Shown here piece by piece: positions 16,304 to 23,113 of a stretch of 23,113 nt of DNA. Location: contig JALVPN010000215.1 of the NCBI GenBank assembly GCA_027031765.1, positions 1-23,113 of the forward strand, given 5' to 3'. Made by a program: the position numbers and the translations under genes. The stretch's first letter is position 1; every line of letters starts with the position of its first letter. Source of the stretch: Promethearchaeota archaeon (GTDB lineage: Archaea; Asgardarchaeota; Thorarchaeia; Thorarchaeales; Thorarchaeaceae). Under the pieces are notes generated by a model. The model worked only from the letters and a program-made list of their open reading frames with translations, made no database searches and was not told where the DNA came from.

Positions 16304-16358
16304 GCACGGGCGCCCCCTTCCGAAAACCCTGTTGAAGGCTCCTGCCGGGTTGGTGCCA

Positions 16359-16712
16359 ATGTCAAGACAACGGAAGTTGACCGACTCACACGATGAGCCA
16401 GACGTCGCCAACAGACATCCTGTGACTCCCCCTCCAGAGCGTGAGGGCCCGTCCATGCTCCTGACTGGCATCGACATCAACATGGAAGAGTACAGGTCGC
16501 ACCCCCTGTGGCTACTCCTGGTGGAGACCGCAAGGAGCCATCCCCTCTATCCCGGTCTCGTCGCATATGTCAGCACCCACCTCCTGCCCGAGCACCCTGA
16601 TGTGACCGCCAAGGAGGTCGCTGTCCGCCTGTCCATCCCCCTCGGGCTGGCAGTCGTGGTCCTGGACGACACCATGGCCCAGACAGAGGGCCAGCCCCCG
16701 GGCCGCCGGTAA
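16359..16712 (+). CDS. Small hypothetical protein, possible C-terminal HTH
   Basis: Disordered N-terminus, then helical HPLWLLLVETARSHPLYPGLVAYV and an HTH-like PDVTAKEVAVRLSIPLGLAVVVLDD. Start uncertain (16359 after GGTG, or 16455). Confidence 0.55.
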   Translation: MSRQRKLTDSHDEPDVANRHPVTPPPEREGPSMLLTGIDINMEEYRSHPLWLLLVETARSHPLYPGLVAYVSTHLLPEHPDVTAKEVAVRLSIPLGLAVVVLDDTMAQTEGQPPGRR

Positions 16713-16751
16713 GCACTCCCTTTTATTTGTCCATCCCTGAAGGGGCACCTG

Positions 16752-17840
16752 GTGACCCATTTGAGCGTCCTCCCAAGACTTCAGGACCCAAGACATGCAC
16801 GGGCGCTCATCAGAGAGATTGAGCGGCTCAGTTCAGGGCGCTCCCTGCGGATTGTACATGTATGCGGTACCCATGAGGACACAATCAGTCGGCATGGGCT
16901 GCGTTCGCTGCTCCCGCCAAAGGTCCAGCTCGTTGCTGGCCCCGGCTGCCCGGTCTGTGTGTGTGCAGCACAGGACGTAGACTTGGCAGTGGAACTGGCC
17001 CGCCAAGGCCACATAATCACGACCTTTGGGGACATGGTGCGTGTCCCGTCGTCCCACTCATCCCTCGCACGCGAACGGGCCGCAGGGGCCGATGTCAGAG
17101 TGGTGTACGGTGTGAACGACGCTGTTGAGATTGCACGCCGCCACCCCGGCCGCAAGGTCATCTTTGTGGGTGCTGGCTTTGAGACAACAGCGCCCACGAT
17201 GGCCCTCGAAGTGCTGCGGGGACTGCCCGACAACTTCTCACTCCTCACATCCCTCAAGGTCATCCCACCTGCCATGGAAATCCTCGTGGACATCGAGGGC
17301 TTCAACGTTGATGGCTTCATCACCCCCGGCCACGTGTCCGCTATCATCGGTACCAACGCGTTCCAGTCCTTTGCACAGCGACACCACGTCCCGTGTGTTG
17401 CAGCTGGCTTCGAGCCACTGGACGTCCTCGAAGCGGTCCGGATGCTCCTCCTACAGATCGAGGAGGGCCGTGCCGAGTCTGAGAACGAGTACAGACGGGT
17501 CGTCCGACCAGAGGGGAACCTTGCAGCACAACGGGTGATGCACGAGGCCTTCTATATACGTGATGCTCCTTGGCGTGGGCTCGGCGTCATCCCGGACTCC
17601 GGCCTCTTCCTACGCGACAGGTTCAGCAGTCACGACACCCGCAAACTCTTCGACATTGAGGTCACAGACTCCGTAGACATTTTGCCCGGCTGCCGGTGCC
17701 ACGAGGTCGTACTCGGGATGACAGACCCAACGGAGTGCCCGCTGTTCGGCAAGCGTTGTGTCCCCGAAGACCCCTACGGCCCGTGCATGGTGGGACATGA
17801 GGGCACCTGTCGCATCCGCTATGAGAACCAGGCCCTCTAG
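16752..17840 (+). CDS. hypD: [NiFe]-hydrogenase maturation protein HypD
   Basis: HVCGTHED, GPGCPVC, GFETTAP, PGHVS, and the C-terminal Fe-S motif CRC...PTECPLFGKRCVPEDPYGPCMV.EGTC. T-rich TTTTATTT at 16721-16728 upstream. Confidence 0.97.
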   Translation: MTHLSVLPRLQDPRHARALIREIERLSSGRSLRIVHVCGTHEDTISRHGLRSLLPPKVQLVAGPGCPVCVCAAQDVDLAVELARQGHIITTFGDMVRVPSSHSSLARERAAGADVRVVYGVNDAVEIARRHPGRKVIFVGAGFETTAPTMALEVLRGLPDNFSLLTSLKVIPPAMEILVDIEGFNVDGFITPGHVSAIIGTNAFQSFAQRHHVPCVAAGFEPLDVLEAVRMLLLQIEEGRAESENEYRRVVRPEGNLAAQRVMHEAFYIRDAPWRGLGVIPDSGLFLRDRFSSHDTRKLFDIEVTDSVDILPGCRCHEVVLGMTDPTECPLFGKRCVPEDPYGPCMVGHEGTCRIRYENQAL

Positions 17841-17891
17841 TGCAGTGACGCGCCGCTGTCAAGACAGTCGGAACAGCACAGGGACTGTCGG

Positions 17892-18524
17892 TCAGCCCTT
17901 CCCGGCGCCCATCAGGCGTGCGACCGCCCTCAGGTCGTCCTCCGTGTTGATGTTCATGAATGTGCGGAGGTCTGGGTCGGGCTGTTTCAAGACCGTGGTG
18001 GACACGTAGAGGACGTTCGTCAGCGCACCGAGGAGGTCGCTCATTTTCCGTCCGCCACGCTGGTAGACCTCAAGTCCACGGGCATATGCATGTTCTGTAA
18101 GGTAGACCCCATGCAGTGGTTCGACATAGCCGGAGGGCCATGAGGGGACTACCGCACCATGACCCGGGGCCATGGTGACGAGCAGCCGCACTACCGCAGG
18201 CACTGCAAGAGGGGTGTCCACAGGTAGCAGGGCAGTGTACTGTCCAGACGAGTACTCGAATGCAGTGAGTGCCCCTGTCAGCGGGCACATGTCGACCCCC
18301 TCCGGGTCCACGACCACCCTTGCGGGCGCCACGAGGCCCTGAAGTCCGGCCTCCTGCTTTCCGTCTGACACCACCACAATGACATCGCTGCTCACGAGGC
18401 GGGCCACCGCTACCATGTGTTCGACCATCGTCTTGCCATGCAGTATGGCCAGCGCCTTGGGCGACCTGAAACGTCTGGACTTCCCACCCGCAAGGACTGC
18501 CACTGTGGGCCCAGTACTGCTCAC
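17892..18524 (-). CDS. mobA: Molybdenum cofactor guanylyltransferase MobA
   Basis: VLAGGKSRRF...KAL, PLTG, VDTP, EPLHGVY, FMNINTEDDL: nucleotidyltransferase motifs of the MobA family. Confidence 0.88.
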   Translation of the reverse strand: MSSTGPTVAVLAGGKSRRFRSPKALAILHGKTMVEHMVAVARLVSSDVIVVVSDGKQEAGLQGLVAPARVVVDPEGVDMCPLTGALTAFEYSSGQYTALLPVDTPLAVPAVVRLLVTMAPGHGAVVPSWPSGYVEPLHGVYLTEHAYARGLEVYQRGGRKMSDLLGALTNVLYVSTTVLKQPDPDLRTFMNINTEDDLRAVARLMGAGKG

Positions 18525-18560
18525 CCATCCGGCCTCCCCAGTCAGTGGCGTACAGACTGC

Positions 18561-20525
18561 TCACTGCTGGGCTGACAGGTACTCGTGTATCATTGCCGCA
18601 ATCTGTCCGTCAGTATAGTGCTGTGACCTGATGGCCCCGCTTGGACAGGTCGCGGTGCATGTCCCACAGCCCTTGCACAGTGCAGGGTTGACCTCTGACG
18701 CACCGCGCTCGTTCACGAAGATTGCATTGTACGGGCACACGGAGATGCAGACGCGGCAACCTGCACACTTGTCCTCGTCGACAACCGAATAGTAGGGCTC
18801 CACCTTGATGCGTCCCTTCCCCATGAGGGCCATTGCCCCTGCCGCAGCAGCCTTTGCCTGGGCCACGGTGTCCGGGATGTCCTTGGGGCCCTGTGCTGTC
18901 CCGGCAACAAATATCCCATCGTTGAAGGAGTCCACAGGCCGTAGCTTCGGGTGGGCTTCCATCAAGAACCCATCCGGTGACAGGCTCAGGTTCAGGAGGT
19001 GCGCGACATGTGATGTGCTTGCAGTCGGCACCATGCCTGTGGCCAGCACCACCAGGTCTATGTCCTCGAGGACAACCGGTCTGCCAAGCAGGGTGTCCTC
19101 ACCACGCACTATGAGGTCCTTGGTCTCGTCGTCTTGGAGGATTTCGCCTACCCGTCCACGTACAAAGGTGACACCGGCCTCTGCAGTGGCCTCGTAGAAC
19201 TCCTCGTACCCCTTGCCAAAGGTCCGCAGGTCAATGTAGAACAGCCATATGTCCGCACCGGTCTTCTCACGTAACATCCGTGCCTGCTTGATGGAGGTCA
19301 TGCAGCATATCCTTGAGCAGTACCTGTTCGTCCTCTCGTCACGGCTGCCCACACACTGGATGTATACTATCCTCTTTGGCTCCTTCAGGTCTGACGGCCT
19401 GACCACATGCCCACCAGTGGGGCCTGCTGAACTGAGCATGCGCTCTATTTCCATGATGTTGACGACGTTCGGGTACTCCCCATAGCCGTACTCGGGCTTC
19501 TGCGTCGCGTCGAAGACTTCGAAACCCGTTGCCACAATGATTGTCCCGACTTCCAGTGTGAGGACGCGCTCGTGGTCGTCATAGTCTATTGCCCCGGCCT
19601 CGCAGGCTGTCTTGCACTTGCCACACCGGACAGCATCGACACCCAAGCAGTTGTCCATGTCGAGGACATAAGCAGAGGGTACCGCCTGGGCGAAGGGGAT
19701 GTATATTGCCCTCCTGTAGGCAAGGTTGGCGTCGAACTCTGAGGGCACGTCCACGGGACAGACCTCTGCACAGTCACCACACGATGTGCACTTCTCAGTG
19801 TCCACATAGCGTGGTTTCTGGCGTACCGTGACCTTGAAGTTGCCCACATAGCCCTCGACCGCCTCGATGTCCGCAAGTGTCAGGAGTGTGATGTTCGGGT
19901 GTGCCCCGACCTCTGCCATCTTTGGGGTCAGGATGCACGACGCACAGTCGAGTGTCGGGAATGTCTTGTCATGCCGCGCCATCTTCCCACCAATCGTGGC
20001 CTCCTTCTCAACAAGGTACACCTTGAAGCCCGCGTTTGCAAGGTCGAGTGCAGCCGAGATGCCGGCAATCCCGCCCCCTATCACCAGTGATGTCTTCTTG
20101 ATGTCGACCTCTGGTTCTTCGAGGGGCTCCAGCAGTCTGGCACGTGCCACCGCCATCCTCACAAGGTCCACTGCCTTCTCAGTGGCCGCCTCCGGGTCGT
20201 CAGAGTGGATCCACGAGTCGTGCTCACGCAGGTTCGCTATCTCAAGGAGGTAGGGGTTGTGCCCGGCCTCGCGGAGGGCCTGCCTGAACGTGTTCTCGTG
20301 CATGCGTGGTGAACAGGAGCCTATCACAATCTTGGTCAGGTTGTGCTTCTTTATGGCGTCCTTCAGGAGCTGCTGCCCCGGCTTCGAGCACATGTATTTG
20401 TAGTCCTCGACAAGAATGACATCCGGGAGCGCCCTTATGGCCTCCATCACCCTCTGGATGTCCACGACGCCTGCAATGTTGCTGCCACAGTGACACAGGA
20501 AGACTCCAATCCGGTTCTCGGGCAT
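18561..20525 (-). CDS. hdrA: Heterodisulfide reductase subunit A (654 aa, no MvhD fusion)
   Basis: IGVFLCHCG, YMCS, CSPRMHE, NLREHDSW, FAD motif VIGGGIAG, KTFPTLDCASC, CVGSRD...YCSRICC, EAHPKLRPVD, two C-terminal CxxCxxCxxxCP motifs. Start refined to ATG 20525. Confidence 0.97.
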   Translation of the reverse strand: MPENRIGVFLCHCGSNIAGVVDIQRVMEAIRALPDVILVEDYKYMCSKPGQQLLKDAIKKHNLTKIVIGSCSPRMHENTFRQALREAGHNPYLLEIANLREHDSWIHSDDPEAATEKAVDLVRMAVARARLLEPLEEPEVDIKKTSLVIGGGIAGISAALDLANAGFKVYLVEKEATIGGKMARHDKTFPTLDCASCILTPKMAEVGAHPNITLLTLADIEAVEGYVGNFKVTVRQKPRYVDTEKCTSCGDCAEVCPVDVPSEFDANLAYRRAIYIPFAQAVPSAYVLDMDNCLGVDAVRCGKCKTACEAGAIDYDDHERVLTLEVGTIIVATGFEVFDATQKPEYGYGEYPNVVNIMEIERMLSSAGPTGGHVVRPSDLKEPKRIVYIQCVGSRDERTNRYCSRICCMTSIKQARMLREKTGADIWLFYIDLRTFGKGYEEFYEATAEAGVTFVRGRVGEILQDDETKDLIVRGEDTLLGRPVVLEDIDLVVLATGMVPTASTSHVAHLLNLSLSPDGFLMEAHPKLRPVDSFNDGIFVAGTAQGPKDIPDTVAQAKAAAAGAMALMGKGRIKVEPYYSVVDEDKCAGCRVCISVCPYNAIFVNERGASEVNPALCKGCGTCTATCPSGAIRSQHYTDGQIAAMIHEYLSAQQ

Positions 20526-20646
20526 GTCCCTTTCCTCTTGTTGCTGTGCGCCCAGCTCTGCACACCCGTCCCGGTGGCAGACACTCCAGCCGCCGGCTGG
20601 CACATGGGGCGCCCCTGTCGGGCGGTGCCCCCAGCTCCCACTCACG

Positions 20647-20654
20647 TAATAAAA
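20647..20654 (-). promoter_or_regulatory. Putative internal TATA box (or U-tract terminator) between hdrB and the second hdrA
   Basis: Minus-strand TTTTATTA, 20 nt after the hdrB stop and about 120 nt before the hdrA ATG. Confidence 0.45.
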
Positions 20655-20673
20655 GTTTAGAACCCACCCACCG

Positions 20674-21603
20674 CTAGACCTCTCTCGCCCCGTGCGTCCC
20701 CATGGGGGCCTGCGCTGGTGTACCCCCATGCCCCATAGCCCGGGCAACTGTTTCCTCTGTGCCCTGTACACGGTGGCCGCTCAGTATACTCTCAGTCCCC
20801 TCAAGGCCCATTGCCACCGCCAGCAGCTCCGTGTAGTAGAAGACCGGGAGCCTGTACTCTGTCCCGAACATCCGGTTCACGACCCGCTGTCCGGCCTCGA
20901 ACGAGATGAAACACGTGGGGCAGAAGACCACTGCTGCATCCGGGTGCACCATCGACATACCCGCGAACTTTTCCCGCAGGACTGCAAATGAGATGTCCCT
21001 GTTCACGCCCCGGATTCCTGCCCCGCAACACATGGTCTTGTCCATGTAGTCGACCGACTCCATACCCAGTGCCCTGACGAGGGCGTCAAGTTTAGCAGGC
21101 GCCTCTGCCAGGTCGACTTGGAGCACTCTCTCTGGCCTGAGCAGGTGGCACCCTGAGTGAGTGACCACCCGCATCCGTAGTTGCCTGAGAGTCCTCTCCT
21201 CTATCCCCTTGCAGCCCACGTCGTCGTGCAGTACTTGGAGGAGGTGCACCACCCGCGCCTGCCCCGTGTACTCCCTCCCGATATTGGCTAGGGCCCTGTT
21301 CACATGTGCCCTAGTGTCAGCACTCGTGTCGAGCATATGCTTTGCCATCGCCAGCGACTCGAAACAGCCCGCGCAGGCGGTCAGGATGTCTAGGTCGTGC
21401 TCTTCTGCCACAGCAATGTTCCGTGCCGCCATCGTCAGCCATGTGTACTGAGAGAACGACTGCACACTGTTCGGTTCGGGACAGCAGGTGAACGGGAGGC
21501 CTACAAGACCAATGTCGTACTCCGGACAGACGAGCCTGATTGACTTCTCTATGAACGGCAGTCTGTCCGCAATGGTACAGCCGGGGAAGAAAGCGTACTT
21601 CAC
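20674..21603 (-). CDS. hdrB: Heterodisulfide reductase subunit B
   Basis: Two CCG domains with all expected ligands: FPGC, TCCP, CAGC and GCH, MCCG, CPTC. GTGA overlap with hdrC. Confidence 0.95.
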   Translation of the reverse strand: MKYAFFPGCTIADRLPFIEKSIRLVCPEYDIGLVGLPFTCCPEPNSVQSFSQYTWLTMAARNIAVAEEHDLDILTACAGCFESLAMAKHMLDTSADTRAHVNRALANIGREYTGQARVVHLLQVLHDDVGCKGIEERTLRQLRMRVVTHSGCHLLRPERVLQVDLAEAPAKLDALVRALGMESVDYMDKTMCCGAGIRGVNRDISFAVLREKFAGMSMVHPDAAVVFCPTCFISFEAGQRVVNRMFGTEYRLPVFYYTELLAVAMGLEGTESILSGHRVQGTEETVARAMGHGGTPAQAPMGTHGAREV

Positions 21604-22103
21604 TGTGGTTCACACTCCGCCTCACGGTACCTCGTCAGCCGGTCTATGGCACCCGTGACTTCCAACAGCTTCTGGACCTCCGCGGCATCCACCTCTGGCA
21701 GCTCTGGTAGTCCGAGCTCCCTGCGTCGTCTTGTCGTCCCCTTTGATGGGTGCGACACCTTGCCAGTGAAGCGGATGACGTCCATCATCTCCACGATGCT
21801 CGGTGGCACCTTGCCGTCCCTGGCGGAGAGGTTCTTTATCGCCACCAGTATCTCACAGAGGGCCACTCCCATGGGGCACCGCTGTTCACACATCAGACAG
21901 TATGCACAGTACCACTCGCGGCCTGTCACAGCCACAGTGCCGGTCTGGACTATCTCGTCGACCGCAATGCGCGGGTTGAACTCGGGTGCTACCCTGAACA
22001 CCGGGCACGAGGCAGCACACACACCGCACTGGAAACACGGCTGCGCAGCCTGTCGCACATCGCTGACCCTCTCCTCGTCATCGTCCCATATCACCGGTCT
22101 CAC
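21600..22103 (-). CDS. hdrC: Heterodisulfide reductase subunit C
   Basis: CFQCGVCAASCP and WYCAYCLMCEQRCPMGV, followed by EILVAIKNLSARDG and RRRRELGLP; located between hdrA and hdrB. Confidence 0.92.
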   Translation of the reverse strand: MRPVIWDDDEERVSDVRQAAQPCFQCGVCAASCPVFRVAPEFNPRIAVDEIVQTGTVAVTGREWYCAYCLMCEQRCPMGVALCEILVAIKNLSARDGKVPPSIVEMMDVIRFTGKVSHPSKGTTRRRRELGLPELPEVDAAEVQKLLEVTGAIDRLTRYREAECEPQ

Positions 22104-23113
22104 TTGTTGGCCCCCTCCTTACTCCTCCCGCGTGTGCGTCTGCGTGAGCGCCCTTTCCCGGCACCCCTCGCATACTTGGTCACGACCTCGGCCATCTCCG
22201 TCATTATCTGCTGCCACTTCTTTCCCTCCCCTGCCGACACCCACTCGACACGGAACCTCTCGTCGGCAATGTTGTTGCGTTTCATCCACCGTCTTATGCG
22301 GGGCTCCCGCTTTGCCATCCAGTGGTTCCCAGTCTGGAAATGGCAGTCCGCGGGCAGGTGACAGCCTGAGTAGAGCACGGCCCCTGCACCGAGCTCGAAA
22401 GCACGCTGCGCAAACTTTGTTGCAAACCTGCCCGAACACATCGCACGGATCACCCGCGCATTGGGCGGGTACTGCATGCGTGACACCCCGGCCAGGTCGG
22501 AGCCCCTATACGAACAGAAGGCGCACGCAAATGCGACTATCTTCTCCTCCGGTCTCTCCCGGAGCGCGGTCTCTATCTGGGCCATTATCTGCTCGTCCGT
22601 GAAGTTGGGCATGTATATCGCACCCTGCGGGCAGTCGCCAGCACATGTGCCACAGGCCTGACACAGGGCCCCAATCACGGTGTACCTCCCAGTCCCGTCC
22701 TGAGTGATTGCCCCGAACGGACACCGCTTCACACATGTCCCACAGCGCGTACACTTGTCCTGCATGATCTTCGCACTGAGTGCCTCAATGGGATACCGCC
22801 CACGCTGGAGGATGATGGCTGCATGGCCTGCTGCTGCGCTCGCTTGGATCACAGAGTCGCGGATGTCCTTTGGTGACTCCGCGCCCCCACATATGAAGAC
22901 TCCTGCAGAACTCGTGTCGACCGGGCGTAGCTTGGGGTGCGACTCGATATAGAACGAGTCACTAGTACGTGATATGGGCAGGGGGAAGTCGCCAGCTGTC
23001 CCCTCAGCCCCCATCGAGAGGACGACCATGTCGTAGTCCTCAAGGAGTAGCCTGTTGTGCGTTGTGTCCTCGACGCTGACACGCAGGTCTCTGGTGTCCG
23101 GGTACTCCTGTAC
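22100..23113 (-). CDS. hdrA: HdrA-family protein with C-terminal MvhD fusion (5' part lies beyond the window)
   Basis: The frame is open to the window edge (VQEYPDTRDLRVSVEDTT...YDMVVLS). ESHPKLRPVDT, PKDIRDSV, two ferredoxin motifs, then an MvhD domain from about 22546 (KIVAFACAFCSYRGSDLAG, RAMCSGR, GCH..DCH, GN, RFRVEWVSAGEG). Confidence 0.93.
   Translation of the reverse strand, partial: VQEYPDTRDLRVSVEDTTHNRLLLEDYDMVVLSMGAEGTAGDFPLPISRTSDSFYIESHPKLRPVDTSSAGVFICGGAESPKDIRDSVIQASAAAGHAAIILQRGRYPIEALSAKIMQDKCTRCGTCVKRCPFGAITQDGTGRYTVIGALCQACGTCAGDCPQGAIYMPNFTDEQIMAQIETALRERPEEKIVAFACAFCSYRGSDLAGVSRMQYPPNARVIRAMCSGRFATKFAQRAFELGAGAVLYSGCHLPADCHFQTGNHWMAKREPRIRRWMKRNNIADERFRVEWVSAGEGKKWQQIMTEMAEVVTKYARGAGKGRSRRRTRGRSKEGANK

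Noticed and set aside
11739-16358. tRNA, SRP RNA, RNase P RNA, CRISPR array or IS ends in the larger intergenic gaps
   Set aside because: By eye I found no T-loop GTTC(R)A cloverleaf, no GAGGAAAGTCC, no SRP helix-8 motif, no regularly spaced 25-40 bp repeats, and no terminal inverted repeats with target-site duplication.
15346-16483. ORFs 15346-15600, 15392-15661, 15919-16281 and 16085-16483
   Set aside because: No motifs, atypical composition, no convincing SD, and overlap with better-supported genes or promoter elements.
20200-20240. HdrA motif REHDSW with Asp where many homologues have Cys (REQCSW)
   Set aside because: From recall, the same REHDSW variant occurs in functional methanogen HdrA (Methanothermobacter), so it is not evidence of degeneration.
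20526-20771. 82-aa N-terminal extension of hdrA implied by the ORF track (736 aa)
   Set aside because: It overlaps the 3' end of hdrB and spans a TATA-like/T-rich element. The family N-terminus begins at MPENRIGVFLCHCG, after a purine-rich SD.
22100-22170. Basic tail (RGAGKGRSRRRTRGRSKEGANK) after the MvhD domain
   Set aside because: It is short and could arise from stop-codon drift in GC-rich DNA into the hdrC start region; there is no independent support.
21646-22602. 318-aa plus-strand ORF opposite hdrC and hdrA-mvhD
   Set aside because: Antisense shadow of conserved genes with no recognisable domain.
18561-23113. Selenocysteine (UGA) recoding in HdrA or MvhD, as reported for some Asgard archaea and Methanococcales
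   Set aside because: All Hdr and MvhD frames in the window are open, with Cys codons at the ligand positions and no in-frame UGA. The part of the fusion gene beyond the window cannot be assessed.

Overview
Archaeal, GC-rich window (roughly 60% GC by eye). An Asgard, Thorarchaeia-like source is my inference from the Sec61-like SecY N-terminus and the extended ribosomal proteins; I cannot verify it. There are three blocks. (1) 137-11738, minus strand: the archaeal S10/spc ribosomal cluster from uL22 to secY. It departs from the canonical form in four ways: an hsp20 gene sits between uL30 and uL15; eL32 carries an N-terminal helix-hairpin-helix fusion; uL18 has a long basic tail and uS3 a long acidic tail; and the cluster is broken at uS19|uL22, with its own BRE/TATA and a ~195-nt leader containing hairpins. 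(2) 12118-16712: mostly uncharacterised small genes, namely a winged-helix protein, a DUF1922-like Zn-ribbon plus tandem winged-helix protein, a 2x[4Fe-4S] ferredoxin-like protein, a coiled-coil protein, a protein with a single TFB/cyclin-type repeat, DUF211 and a small HTH-like protein. The intergenic DNA here is enriched in GGACTG/CAGTCC and nested inverted repeats. (3) 16752-23113: hypD converging on a minus-strand cluster of hdrA-mvhD fusion (partial), hdrC, hdrB, a second hdrA and mobA. I found no tRNA, rRNA, CRISPR array or mobile element. Several start codons were refined from the ORF track using Shine-Dalgarno (SD) motifs and family N-termini.
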